From: Dimorphilus gyrociliatus
Taxonomy: Eukaryota; Animalia; Annelida
Reading direction: 5' to 3'
Assembly: GCA_904063045.1 (NCBI GenBank)
Contig: CAJFCJ010000017.1
Coordinates: forward strand, 62,001-126,000
DNA: 64,000 bases
Part shown: positions 40,126 to 55,000 of the stretch, piece after piece
Layout of the letters: each line of letters begins with the position of its first letter
How positions within the stretch are numbered: the stretch's first letter is position 1
Program-made: the position numbers and the translations under genes
The notes under the pieces: generated by a model
Database searches by the model: none
What the model saw: only the letters and a program-made list of their open reading frames with translations
What the model was told of the DNA's origin: nothing

Positions 40126-41932
40126 TTAGAAATGTAGCCAATTTGAAATCCAATTATATATGCAAATAAAAACTTTCAATCATTATTGCTAATACTTTCT
40201 ATTCACGCAGAAGAGAATATTTATAAAAACTGGTAAACGACAAAAGAAGCATTTAATTACAAAACAGTTCTCTTCTTTCTTGTTTATAAAGCCTTTAAAA
40301 TTGAAAGAAACTTACTTATACAAAGAAAGAAAAAAACGAGTTATGGATGAACAGAATCTCTATTTCAACAGTAGAATTAACTAATAGCATGTTTCGCCAC
40401 CATTTTATAATTTAACAGCCTCCTGTAATAGTATATTGTAAAGGAGTATACTCATAACCTTGTAATATAGAAGATGGATTTGGGTTTATCTGAACTTTCG
40501 AAGGATTAAGTATACTATTAAATCATTGAAAATAACTATTTTTCGAAATTACACGTTCTTTAATCAATGTCTTGTCTACTATACATGCTTTATTGTGCAT
40601 GACTAGTATCAACGAGTCGACACTGTAAATTACTTCTCATAATCTTAAATGATGATGTCTATTGTTGATTTGCACCTTCTCTCTCCCTCTCTCATATATA
40701 CATATATAGATACACTTACATGCACATATACACACACACCCACGTATTCTCATTTTGATTTTTAAGTGGCTTCCTTATCCGTGAAATGAGCAAAATCATG
40801 GCTACATTTCTATCTATAAGAGCGTGCTTGAGTAGTCAAATAGCATAGAGTGTAAATCGGTGACTGACTGAAAGAAGATTGAAAGATAAAAAAGAGAAGA
40901 TAGAATAGAAATCAAGCAACAAGAACAGAAGAAAGAGAGTTATACTGTGTATATTTTACGAACCTAATAGCTGTTATAATTCCTGAAGTTAGCCAAATTG
41001 TTTGTAAAACAAACAAAAAATACAAATAGGCAGCTATGTTTAGCAGATAATGTTCAGTGAATCTATTTGCATCAGTAACAAATGGGTGCATGTCACGTTA
41101 AAGGAAATAATTTTGTAAGAATCAGCATTTTGAATTTTACATAGAATTAATAAGTTTATAATAAAAATCGTATATTAAATAACAAATAGAAAATGTAGCA
41201 AATACTAGAAATTTATAAGTTGTTTATTTAACATACCTTACTGTACGTTGTACTTTATCTTCGCTATTTCTGCGTAAAATGGCAATAGCTTCTATTATTA
41301 GAAACTTTAATCGTTGAAATTGCCATAAGATAAATATTGTCCAGTCATATATAATGTATTACTTATGGTAAATGCGTTGAATATTCCATTAATAGATTGT
41401 ATAATTTCCTCTGACAAAAAGACAATTTCTTCTTCTCTAATTCTCTTTATATTCCAAGCAGTCGTTGGTGAAGAATTTTTCAAGATTAATAAGTCTAGAG
41501 CAGTTGGCAGTCTTTGCAATGACGACCCAAAAACTGAGGAAAAATAAGAGCGACAAGAAGAACAAGAACAAGAACGAGAACAAGAAGAAGAAGAAGAAGA
41601 AGAAGAAGAAGACATACAAGTGATAAAATACAAAATGGAATTTAGAGTTAGTTATAGCAGTAATAGCAGTAATAGTAATAGTAGTAATAATAATCATAAG
41701 AAAGCTGAGATGGCAAAAAAAGAGTTAAACCTAGACCAGGAATGATAGATGAAGTGTGTGTTGGAAAGAGAAACGGATTCATTGGTGGCCAGCAGGCGAG
41801 AAAAGATAATGCAATTAAATTGACTGCATTATATATTGAAGCATGATATTGCTAGTAATTTGAACTACCAGAAGTGCAGTTGTAGAGTTATAGATGACAA
41901 ATAAATGTAAATTTCATGAAACTTGAAAATTC

Positions 41933-44900
41933 TTAGAGAGAGTTTATTCTTGCAAAGGACGTTCTCTTCGTCTTGGTACAAGATACTTCTGTCACTTTCA
42001 TTTCTGTCCAATTGGCATCCGTCTGGCTTGCCTTACACATAAAGCTCATTTTAAAAGCTTTTCGAAATTTGTTGGATAAGGCGTTATATAAAATTGGGTT
42101 TATTGAGCTGTTTAAATAGAATAATGCTCTAGCTGCATTGAGCATGTTTAGCTGAATTTCTGGACTTATAAAGTCAATTATTTCTCTGGAGGAGAATGTA
42201 TAAAAAAGGAGTATAACCCTCATAGGCAAATGACAAATAAAGAAGAGAACCACAACGGCCATCATCATATGTATAATTTGGCGTTTTTGCACAGTATGAG
42301 ATTCAACGGTTCTTGTACAGGATAGCATAGTATTATCTCTTTTGTTCATCTTCCAACCAATTTTCGTATAGAGAATTACAAGTAGAACTAATGCCACAAC
42401 ATAAAAGAAAGAGTATGTTACAATAACAAAAGCTTTTCTTAAATAGGTATTGAATGGTCCATGGCATACTTCTACAACAGACTTGTAAGACGAATGATTC
42501 GCTGAATAAGTCGTTGCTATGAATAAGTAAGGAACTGCTGTAAAAATTGAGACAATCCATGATATAATAAGAAGTTGAATGTATTTTTTTAGCGTTAGTT
42601 TATAGAGAGTCCTCAGGGGATAACATGTTGCGTAAAATCGCTCAAAGCTAATAGCTATTAACGTTAGTACAGATGCATTTGCTGTACAATTTTCCATGAA
42701 ATATACCAATTTACCTGTCGAACAAAGTCAAGTGAACAGATTTAAATTTTTTAAGACGTGTCCCATGAATAATCATTTATAAAATAGACAATCATTATGA
42801 TTTATGACATTTTTATACGAACAGAAGAGTTATAAACTCTTTAAATTTTCACAATTTATCTCTATTTCTATCTGCTTTTATCTCTTTAGAGATTTAAGAT
42901 TACTCTTAGTTAATACTTTGGTTAATATATTAGAAAAAAGAAGCATCTCCCATTGCGATGGGAGATAAACGTTGCAGAATTGAACTTAATGTTTCCAAGT
43001 AAAATATTTAATACTATTAACAGCAAAAAAGAATCAAAGATAATGTAACTATTGAGAATAATATACGTACTCTTTCTAATCAACTAATGACGCAATATAT
43101 TACTTTATACACATTTACAGTGATCTTATCGATAATTAAAACTGTTATAATAGTTCTTCTTTCCTTTCTAATCTACAAAAATTCCCCAATCTCTTTATTG
43201 ATCTGTCTTTAAGAGCTGTTCACTTTCATATATAGACTAGAACATATAAAAATAAATTCCATTCCTAATAGTTCTTAACTTAATATCTACGAGATATTTT
43301 TTATACGCAGAGGGGAATGAGCAGTAGGGATAGAATGCAGAAAAAGAAATGACAAGTAGAAAGCAAGATAATAATGGCACTTAAAGGAGAATTACTTGTG
43401 CTATTAATTATATAGTTTAAGGGGAAACAATTATAATCTATTCTAATCATATTTTAATACACCTTCTCTTAGAGAGAGAGAGAGAGAGAGAGAGAGTAGC
43501 AGGAAAAGATTTATTCTTCAATGTCAGTGTAGTTATAAGCGACAAACGAATATTATCTATTATACATATGCACTCAAAAGATAAAGGAACAGTCTGAATA
43601 ATAAAAACAAAGGAAAAACAGGATTAAAGAAAAGTAGAAAGAATGAACATTCTATTTTTAACAAAAAATTTGTTTGGAAAGAATCACAACAGAAATTGGA
43701 GAATGACAAATTCTAAGTGAAACCCTCTCTGCTTTTCCCTCTGGCTTTTCTCAATCAGAAAAGGAGAACTTAGGGCAATAAAAAATATGATTATTTACTA
43801 TTAAAAGAGCATGAAAAACATAATTCCTTTAAAACATTAAACCAAAAGAAAAGACTAAGAATACTTTTCTCTATTTAGACAGTCTTAACATTTCAAATCT
43901 ATCAACCTATTCATTCTATTTATCTATCTATTTTCTATTACTTTGTACAGTATACTATTTGTATTTTCTAATTTATTATATTGTCATCGTCGTCCTATTT
44001 CCCATTTTTTTAATTAAAAGACCTTTAATAACATTACTCTTCTGATACTGAATATATACTTGAAGATAATGTGTTGGATGTAACCTAAGGGAACTATAAA
44101 GAAGAGAGGAGTCTTGCTGTAAAAAATTTCATTGCTGAATAGTAGTAAAGTCTAAAAGCGAAAGAAATTTCAAAAGTGAACATTATACAAAAAAACTTGA
44201 ATAATTGGCAAATGATTTGTTCAAGCTTTCTATTATAAGAGAAAATAAAGTCTGCAATAATTAAAGAATGTTTAATATTCCATGATTATAAATTATAATA
44301 TAGTCTATCTAGTATTCAACACATTTATCTCTTCTTCTAAGCCCCAGTTGATACATATTTGGTCAGCTATTAGTAGTTTACAAACAGCCTATTTACCCCT
44401 ATAGATAAAAGTATTAGCATTCGTATTGGAATACTTGGAATATCTGTTTTCAACTGACAAACCAATTAAAGAAAAAACGACATAAGAAAATGAGTGATGC
44501 TATCTTTCGTTGCTCATTTAGGATAAATATAAATATTATAATTTATGACCTTTTGCTACATAGATTAACAGTTCATTTTTAATAAATTATTAACTGAAAT
44601 GTGCTCTGAACTACATAAAACAAGAGTTTAATTAACTGTGTTTTATAAATATTAACTAAGATAATTGTAATAATTCATTAAGAAATAATATTAATTAGTA
44701 ATTGGCTGTCAGAGCCACGATAACCAGTGTTATCTAAATTTGCCTTATTGTAATTCTTTTACCATTTTCTCCTCTCTATCCTTCTCTCAACGTCTATTTA
44801 ACTGTACAAAGCTATAAAAAGTTACTACTGAAGAATAAATATTTTAGTATTGGCTAAAGAGAGAGCAAGATGTCCCTGGTTTCATTCCGTAAAAACCTAC

Positions 44901-45814
44901 ATTTTGAATCTTTGATAAAGGCTACTTTATTAAAAAGAAATATAAACAATATAAAAGTGATAAAACTGGTAAAACTTGTAATATTTTGTTTGTTTCTACA
45001 TATTTATATATAGATGTAACCTTTATAACTTGATAATATGGATATTTTTTACTTGCCACTTGTTACTTAATCTTTATTTATCTACTTTTACATTTCCCTT
45101 TCAAACTAATCTCCAAAATCAATTGTTTTATGTTATTTCTATAATTGATCTAATTTGTATAACACTTACTAAAAAAGTATTGATTTGTTTGTCTCATGCT
45201 TTCTTTCAGGGGTAAGATGAGATGTAAGAGGGAAATAGAGATGATGGAGAAAGAAACTGTATCACGAGTAATCGTAATACCACCAGTTAATTTGACAGTC
45301 ATTTTTTTCTCGTTTCCCTTTCTACGAATCACTTTCTTTTATATTGGCAACAGAATGCGATGGACGGAGATAAAATAGAGATAAAAACCTCGAAATATCT
45401 CAATGAACTAAGGAGGGGTAAAAGGATAAGAGAAGAAATAAAGAATAATGAAAAAAGGAATAGAGCTTACCTTTCCTTTAATATTATCATTTTATACTAT
45501 TGCTATTGCTATTATTACATTTTACTTCTCAGTTATTAATACTTACATATAATTTTGCCAAAATACCAGACTTCTTTAGCAAAGATATCAACCATTGCCG
45601 AAGGCATGCAAACTAGAAGAACTAGAATATCAGCGACGCTTAAATTTACCAACATGATACTTGTATTTGATCTCATATATTTATTTCTGGCCACAATATA
45701 AATCACACATGCATTTCCGAATATGCCAAATAAAAATATTATAGAATATGTAACGGTTGTCCATATATAGAAATAAATTGAAATTTCAAAGGTTGGTAAG
45801 CTTGAATTGTTCAT
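41933..45814 (-). CDS. Class A neuropeptide GPCR of the ETH-receptor/TRHR/GHSR/NMUR clade, ~349 aa, 2 coding exons
   Basis: Exon 1 (45814-45548) carries TM1 GIFGN and TM2 NLSVADILVLLVCMP. Exon 2 (42714-41933) carries CKLVYFMENCTANASVLTLIAISFERF, TM6 FFICHLPMRV and TM7 YLNSSINPILYN. The phase-1 intron has canonical sites. Confidence 0.92.
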
Positions 45815-46181
45815 AGCTTTCGAAAGAATTTTACAGACTTTTATTTAAATCGAAACTGATAAGCTTCCTCTTCTAGTGGAAGGTTAAAGAATGACGCTTT
45901 ACTAGTTGCGTATATATCTCTTTAGCGATTTAGCAGACAAAAGCGAACTAAGCGACCAACCAATGGCTTTGACTTGGTGTATTGGCGTCCAAATTCACAG
46001 GCAGGAAAAGACTGATTGCTTAGAGGTTTTTAAGTAAGGTGACCTAAGCAAAAATCGAGCCGCTTATAAATTTCGTCAATAGGATTTGAAAGTCCAACTT
46101 CAAGAGAAGATTAAGGAAAACGTGAATACTATTTGCAATCTTATTTATATACTAATTTATTTATATTCTTTAGCAGAAAGA

Positions 46182-46214
<33 letters not shown>

Positions 46215-48931
46215 ACAGACAGACAGACATACAGACATACAGACAGACAGACACATAGATAAAAGAAAAACTGGAAAAAGGCAGATCCGAAAAATTAATC
46301 TATAAAGGTAATCCCCCAGATTAGTGAAAGTGGAGGAGAGGGGGAAATACTTGAAATAACAAAGAGGACATTTTCAATTGTACATCTCGTTACTGCTATC
46401 AATTATTTTAAGGTTTAGGTTCGTTAAGATTCTTTTTTCAAGTAGAGTAGAAGAGCTACAGATTTCTTTTTGAGTATATTGGCGACTTAGCCCTATTACT
46501 CTCATTTTCTTTTGCATATACAGTACAGTATAAAAAAGCCTTTATTCATTAACTAATTTGATAATATTCCAAGTCCAATGGTAATTAGAATATATAATTA
46601 ATAGAAAAAGCCAACATTGAACAAGTTGTATATTTCCCAGGTGAAAAGTATTAATTTGGTTTTCATATGACAATTGAAGGAGATGATATTCTAGAGATAA
46701 GTTTCGTATTTTTGCCTAAAAGACCCTCCAATATATTGTCTATTATAGAATGAACTAAATGAAAATAAATCTATATACAGTATTTCTATTTTAAATGCCA
46801 TTTACAACGGCTTTTACCCTTCATATAGAAAGTGAGAGATTCTCCCAAAGGCAGACTTTATCTAATTTCCTTAACCGCATGATTCCGGCATAGAAATAAT
46901 AAAAAGGAACGAGTAACTGAAAGAATTTTTGCTACTTTTTCCAACTTAAAACATAGGGAAAACATACTTTTCAGCAGTTTGTATTTGTTATGTAAATAGG
47001 ATTTTTCGACTATATTTCCCTTTCCAGATTTACTTTGCTAACGATTTTCTTCAACTCTAATTATCTAAGCGAGAGAAACCTTTTCATTAAGACAAAAAAA
47101 TACCAGATTTCTAGATTAAAAGAACGTAAACGATAAAACTATAATACTCCTTTAATCCAACAAACTTTCCAAGACTATTAAAGTTTTCTTCTTACAATAA
47201 TGTAAATTCGTTTAGACTATATAAAGGTTAAAACGTGAAGAAAATGTTCCATCTTTATTATTTATAGAGAATATTCTATCAATTGAATGGTAACTTAATT
47301 CTTCTTTGTTCTTTACCTTTTTTTTACTTCTCTATATATCAGTTTGTCTTCTTTATCTTACTTTTACCAAAAAATTCCTATTTTTTGCTTTTCCAACTTT
47401 TCATTATCCTCTTCCTTGCCTTCTCTCCTCTCCTTTTCTATTCTTTGCACATATCGTAAAAGGTAAAACATATGCGACGGGTTATTTTGACAAGAATTTT
47501 GCATAGTGAGAAGCAAGGCACGCGTTTAAAAACTAAGTACTGCAGAGTTTTTCTCGGAAATAAAAGCGTTACTTAAAACCAGTTGGAGATTATTATAATA
47601 ATTGTTAAGACTTCCAGTCACATAACATTAACGAAAAATAGTTGTTAATTCTGTCTTATTCTAGTTTGATTTTGGGTTCTTTTAAAGTCTGTTGGTGTTG
47701 CAAGCAAAGAGCCTAAATAGTAGTTTTCTATCTTAGGAAAATGAAAAGATAGAGAGAGAGAGAGAGAGAGAAAGAGAAAAGTGTATCTTTACAAATAGAT
47801 AAAGCCTTTCGATAATTAGTTTATGATTTAGAATTCTTAGGTGTTTTTTCTTTCTTTTCTATATAGAACCTTACAAAAAAAGGTTGTTTCTTTACTATAC
47901 AAAACAACCAATGTAATATGAAAAGATTAAAAATCGTTATACTCTGCCTATTTAATATTTATTATAATAAAAATTTACAATAATAAGTAACGCAGCGCTA
48001 AGCAGTCTGGAAAATAAAATATTCAACGCCACATCTACTGTATATAGAGGATATTTCTAATCTTTTCCTTCTTAACAGAATGTAATGATAAGGTTTTGTC
48101 TTTTCTTTGTAATATCTTATAACGCGGTGATTTATTATTGTTGAAATTAATGAATCATTTGGCGAAGGTTTCAGCAAATCTATCAAAAATTATATATAGA
48201 ATTCTATATATATATACACTGTATAATATAAACATAAGTTTTCTGCTCATTAGCGACAAAAATTCAACGCTCGTCTCGATCGTTTCTAGTGTAAAATCAT
48301 CTCTCTTCGATATTTTCCTTTATGTTTAACAATCTGTAAATAATTAGGCATTCTATATGTGAAAATGATTAAAAAATTATGAACGCTATAGTAAGAAAAT
48401 TCACTCTGGCGTGAATTTGTATATGTTATAGTTCTTAACTATTTCGCAACTTTTACCATTACGGTCTTTAATGTTAAACGAAAGCCTTTTGCAAGATGTA
48501 TGTGCATGCAAGTTTGTTTGTTTTGTTTGAATGTACGTTTCATTCATTCTTTCTTTCTTGCTTTCTTTCTTCCTTTTCCTTCCGCCTGCTAAGAACTACG
48601 AACGAGATCAGTAGAAATCATCTAAAGATGAAGATGAAGAGTAATTTTTATTATAAATATAGATATTAATAATAGAATATCGATGATATAAACCTATATA
48701 TATATCTATATATATATATATATATATATATATAGATAAAGAAGAGTATAACTTAAAATATACACGAATTATGCTTCATTTATACTTTTGCGTACAAATT
48801 TCACAACGTATTACTTTCATGTGAATGTAGAATTGATGATGTATGCATTTTTTAGGCGTATCGATAGTTCTTTTTTTTCTTATACAAAAATAAAAAGTAG
48901 AAAGATAGAGAGAGCGAGAGAAAGAGAGAAT

Positions 48932-50225
48932 TCAACATGACATATAAGGTTCTGTTTTCGACGGAGGTATTCCTATGTCATATTCCGATGTTACTTTTAT
49001 CTTCTTCTTGGATAGTTCAGATAATTTTCGAAGAGGAATGCAAAATATTCCAGCCGAAACAAGAGTTGCACCAGCCAAAATAAATGATGCCGTATAGTTT
49101 CCATTTGAATCGAAGAGTGATCCTGAAACATATTTGATTCGATATAAAATTAAACTCTCTCATAAAGCAATTAACTTAATTATAAGCGTACCAGCAATTG
49201 GAGCACCGAAGAAGGAACTTATCCCCTGGAACATTGTTACGAAACCAAAGGCACTTGTTAGCTTATCAAGACCGAGCAATTCTACCATAATCACAGATCT
49301 CGAAGATACGAAAACAGCTGATAGTAATGGGGAAATATGAAATTAATGAAAGAATTATTTGTTACATTTCTGGTGGAAGGTTAAACTTAATCAATTGATA
49401 ACAAAGATTATATTTATAATCTTATCATAAATTAGAAGTGATTATTATCTGATAAAATGACTTGTGAAAATATATATCTATAATCAGTAATATACCAACC
49501 TATACCCATGCCAAATAATGCAGAACATATGCTAAGAGACCAAAACGAATGACTTATCGGTATCAACATTGTAGCAACTCCACCGATAATTAATGCTATT
49601 ACGTTAATTGTTAAACAATCGACCCAAATCTGATCAGAAAGCCAACCGCTAGTTATTCTACTAACCACATTTGAGATACCAATGACTGATATAAGTAAAG
49701 AAGCATCCGATTTTGTTATTCCTTTCGTAATAGCATCATCAACACTGCACGTGAACGGAATGAAAAATCCTGAATATTATATTATAACCACAAGTTATTA
49801 CGAGTTTACATACAAGAATTAAATTATAGTAAGAAAATGTATTAAAAATATATACCTATCATACACAGGAAGCAGCATAACCCGTATAATTCAAACGCTG
49901 GATCCAATAGCAAAGAAAAGTCTATGTGCTAACAATAGACAAAAGGGAAAGATGAACTTTTTTCAAATTCAAAGATACACTTTCGCCTACTTACATTTCT
50001 AATAAAGAATTTAAAACGATTACTGCCTTCTTTCTCTGGAGTATCTTTTTCATTGTCTAATTCATCATTTAGCTTTTCCTTTTGTTCTCTGCTCACAAGC
50101 TTTTCAATACTGCCACTAAAGGATTTAAAACTCGGCTAAAGTAATTAAATATTAGCAATTTCACTCCTTTATTTCTCTGTTCTAACAATAGCATTGAAAG
50201 TCAATGCAAAGATTAAAAACAAAGA

Positions 50226-50262
<37 letters not shown>

Positions 50263-52012
50263 GAAATATCGATACGCACCTATAAAAGATATCTTTCCTT
50301 CTATATATTTTATGTAGGAGCATATTATTCCTTATTTCCTTTTAAAAGTTAATGGAATAGAAAACAGTATGTATAAACATAACAAAAATATTCAATCAGT
50401 ATTCAATTTTTACCTTAATCGACTGTATGTCATCCATACTTTTGTATGTATTTTCACTTTCTTTCATTTTTGGCTTCTTTAAACATTGTACACTATTGAA
50501 TATTCCTTTATCTTTCTGATTTCCATTAGATGGTTTTATAAACGTTTCTATTTCAGAATTCTTTTCGTCATTTTCGTAAGTTTCAACTTGAATCTAGGAG
50601 AAAGAATACACGTTCAATTACTCAACAGTAAGTAAAACTATTTCGCAGACTCTAGATGGATTAGTTGATAGGAAATTCTATACTTGACTCTTCAAGCTAT
50701 AAAGCCGTTGGTGAAAAAATATTATAAATTACCTTTAATGGTCTAAGCATTCCGCCAAAGATGACACCATTTAATAGTATACCAGACATTATTAACGATG
50801 TACCTTTCCAACCGTATAACTCTATTAAGAATTCTGATAGTGGTGAAAAAATGAATCCTCCAATTCCCGATCCACACATAGCTATACCTAAATATTATTA
50901 TTACCATTATTATTGCTATTTGTATAAGGTTAAGTTGAAATATGTAACTTTAGTCATCTCACCTGTAGCTAGTGCACGACGTTTATTAAAGTACAGCCCA
51001 ACCATGACAAGGGCCGATAGTTGCATTAGACCTAGGCCGAATCCTTCAATTGGGAAAAGATCAAGGTTAAACGTATATAAAGAAAAAAAAGTAGAAAAAC
51101 TGGAAGAAGAGCAACTGCAAAATGAGAAGAATTTAATTGTTATATTGACGATAGTATTTACCTTCGAGAGCTCCGAAGGAGAATATTAAAAAGTTTATAT
51201 CAGGACTAAATATCGCTAAGATTAGTGCTAAAGATGCAACCAGACTTCCAATAATAGCTCCCACTCTGCATCCAAATTTGTTAACTATTATACTAAATAC
51301 TGGTCCTGAAACGTAATTATAGTTCAATTTTCAATAGATTTCACCTTAAAGAATACTATTGGATCAATAGTAATAAAGAATACAAAAAAATTCATAGAGT
51401 ATATATAGAGTACCCATGGAAAGAGAAATTCCATAAATGAGACTTCCAACCAGTGAAGTTTTTCCCTTTGAAGCCTAAATAAGGCAAAGAAGTTGTATAT
51501 ATAAATATTCCATTTCGTATTATATTGAAAAATATGATAACAAATATAGACAAACTTCAAAATATTCCAAGAATTTAACATAAAAAACTCCAAATGAAAA
51601 CATAAAGCCATCAACTAGGAAATTAAGCATGAAACTACAAAATAATATCATCCAGCCATATCTATATATATATATATATATATGTATTTAGTAATAATGT
51701 CCACTTAATAATATTCAAATTAGTAGCAATATAAATATATTGTAATAGTTTTTATCATTATTTATTAACGAATAGTAAATATTTGAATAAATTAACATAT
51801 ATTAATATATCTATATCTATATACATATATAATACATGTATATATATATATATATATATGTATGTATATACATAAACAAAGTAGTAGTAGTAGTACTAGT
51901 ATATATACATATATATATTTATAAATTGCAGGTAAATATTATGAGAAACTTACCCTCCATCTGGCGGCAGTAAAACTGTCCTTTCCATCTCTCCAGAGGT
52001 TGTAATACTCAT
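48932..52012 (-). CDS. SLC16: SLC16 / monocarboxylate transporter family MFS protein, 12 coding exons
   Basis: Spliced translation starts MSITTSGEMERTVLLPPDGGYGW (the SLC16 signature) and includes VNKFGCR, YFNKRRALATGIA, LIELYGWKG, VELLGLDKLTSAFG and GAPIAGSLFD. TGA stop at 48934-48932. Introns are short GT-AG. A strong acceptor ~30 nt upstream of the ATG implies a 5'UTR intron. The symbol is family-level. Confidence 0.93.
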
Positions 52013-55000
52013 TCTATTTGTTAACTAAATATTTCAATAAAACTGAAAGAAGAAAAAGAAAAGAAAAGAATAATTGAAGTATTCCAGTTTACACTATAAA
52101 ATTATATTATGTGTATATATTGAAGTTTTAAGGTTTAACCGATAAGACAAGGAGGAAAGGGCTCTTTAGTAGCTTAGTTACGGTGTTTATTAACTTATAT
52201 TTCCTTAATAGACTTTTTAATATTGTTTCGAGTTTAATAAATGCAACGTTGAATACAAATAAATATCTCTCTCTAGTCGTTATTCTTGTTTTTGATAGTT
52301 TTAGAGAATTGAAAGACTCTCTACAAAATGTGCATGAAAGGAACGCATCAATTAACAATAACATTCTACAACCTATCAAGATCTTATTTTTTATCAAAAA
52401 ACCAATATTCTTTGTCTCATTGTATATAATGTATTGTCGAAGAAGCATTTCTAGAGCCAATTATTTTTAAACATTAACTATAATAAGGTATTTAAATAGA
52501 AATAAAGCTCGTATCCTATTTGATGTCAATGTTATATTAAGGGAGAAGAACAATTGATGGAAAATATATACTAAAAAATATCGGCAATCAGTCATCGATA
52601 TACTTGAAAATATGCATTGTATATATAAAAACGTTTATATAATAATATTCACCATACATCCTTTGACGATTAATGTAAAAGTATAAAAAATAATCCATAT
52701 TTTAATCTTGCCCAACACTTATATCATATTCTTTATTGATATAAGAATTGAACAGTAGAATTTTTTTAAGGTAGGTTGAATATAAAAGTTAATCATATTA
52801 ATATTAACAATTTGTACGTAGTGTTTAAACATTAAATTGTGATGGTAGTATTATCATTACAACCTTAAATAACACATACAAACGTATATATATATATATA
52901 TATATATATATTGATTGATTGATTGAACAAAGCTCTAATTAATTAATCTAACAAATATTACAGATTCTTGGTTATATATATATTCCATCATATAACGCAG
53001 TATAAAGACATAAAGTACAGGTATATATATATATTCATACATAGTTATACTGTACAGGCATGTAGGTATTTAATTATACTACCATGTATGTAAGTTTTTT
53101 AAATTAAAGTTTTATCAGAGAAGTATTATACCTATAAAATAAATCAATTCGGTTCAAGAAGAGAATAACGCATATTGTTAATTTAACGTAAGCTATATCT
53201 CTAATCTATTAGATCATTTTCACTTCGGATCAATATTACAATTGATATTTAACAGTTTAAAGTATATAAAGCCATTTATAGAAAGAAGCTGGCGCTGTAA
53301 GTATCGTGTATGTTATTAAATCAAAAAAAATTAAAGATTAATCTTATCTTATCAGTATTCTCCTTCATCTATATAAATTCAATTATTAAGTGTTTATAAG
53401 ACGATTGATTTTTATAGTTCTTAATCATTACGTAACCGTAAAAGTTATTTTTAATATTTCTCTATTACGGAGCTAAAGTAATATTAATATGAATATTAAA
53501 ACATATACCTAACTTGCTTTGTTATACTCGAAAGATTTTTTAGCAATCTTTTATAGATACTTGAACTGTTTTTTTGAATTTTTTTGCAATAGAATTTCGC
53601 TTGAACAGCTATTGTTTTTATTTTGCAATTTCTATGCAGAAACAATAATAGTAATAGTAATATTGTATAAAAAATAATGGTCGTTTCAAGGTTAAAAGCT
53701 TAGTTAATATACGAACTTTGAAACGAAAATATTTAATAATAACTTATAAATACCTGAATTTTATTGGAAAGCTTGAAAAATATTCTATTAAAATCGATTG
53801 ATTTGAACAGATGGTGATCTGCAATAAACAGTTCTATGTACATTAATAAACTCTATATTTGTTAAATATCATTTATTTCCGTTAATAAAGGTAATTCATT
53901 TATATACTATACAGTATATCTATGTACAGGGTTATATATATAAAAAGTCTTTGCCTCATCTCTATATTTTCTCTATGTCGCCTATCTCTCTTAGTATCTG
54001 GCTATCTATCTACGATTGCATAATTAAAAGATTCATGTTTACATATTTTTAAATTGAACAATAAACTTACGCTAATGGTAATTGAAGAAAAAGTAAAATT
54101 ATAGCTGAGAAAACCTGATGACCTCTTGCGAACAAAAAATGAAAATATTGAACATAAATTCCGTCCTATAAAATAGACAAATCAAAGGTAGCTTAGAGCA
54201 TATTATTGACTGTTGAGAAATGATAGGCTGTTGAACCTTAGACAAAGAGGAGAATATCTTCTAAATGTCTTAAACTTATTATTTGTTTTTATAAAGATAA
54301 TATAAAGGTTATATAAAGAAAAGTTTTCAACTCTGAGAATAAACAATTACATCGATTTTCATTTTAAAGTATGGCCTTGGCTTCACTCATGATAATATCG
54401 AGAGGAAATCGAATAGTTTTATATAGGATACAACTCTCTTTGGTTCGTTTCTCCCTCTCTCGCTCTATCTCTCGCTCTATCTCTCTCTCTCTCTCTCTCT
54501 GAATTTAGGATTATTTATATATTTTTATCCAATTGATTACTAAAACGTCTCATTAATTTATTGTTAGAAAACAGTAAATAACGATATGAAATATACATAA
54601 AATCAATAATACTTTACATTTTATATCTGTACATGTTTATTCTATAATGAAAAATGACCTAACATCAACTAGAAAGAGTTCAAGCTTTATAAAAATTACG
54701 TATTAATCATATTATAGGATTAAGAGGTAATCAAACATGTTTTCCTAGGGAAGACAACTACTTTTTCTACTGTTGACTATTTACAAAAAAGAGAGAAAGA
54801 TCTTTCTTTTCGGCCCCACTAATCCTCTACCTCCTCTTTCTAAACACGTAATAATTAAACTACTACGTTGCCTTAAGCCTATATTATCCTATAACGATTT
54901 CTCTTCAAAACCATATGCGAAAAATGTATTCAATCTATATGACTTTCCTATTTTGCAATAATTTCTATACCTAATTCAAATAGTATACAGACACAAGTTG

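Noticed and set aside
44032-44300. Protein-like frame with CAA/CAG-to-stop-looking codons in the GPCR intron
   Set aside because: About 5 stops in ~88 codons is not clearly below the expectation for this AT content, and there is no recognisable motif.
45201-45216. Acceptor and donor separated by 2 nt (tttcag GG gtaag)
   Set aside because: It is on the strand opposite the host GPCR gene, with no + strand gene to use it.
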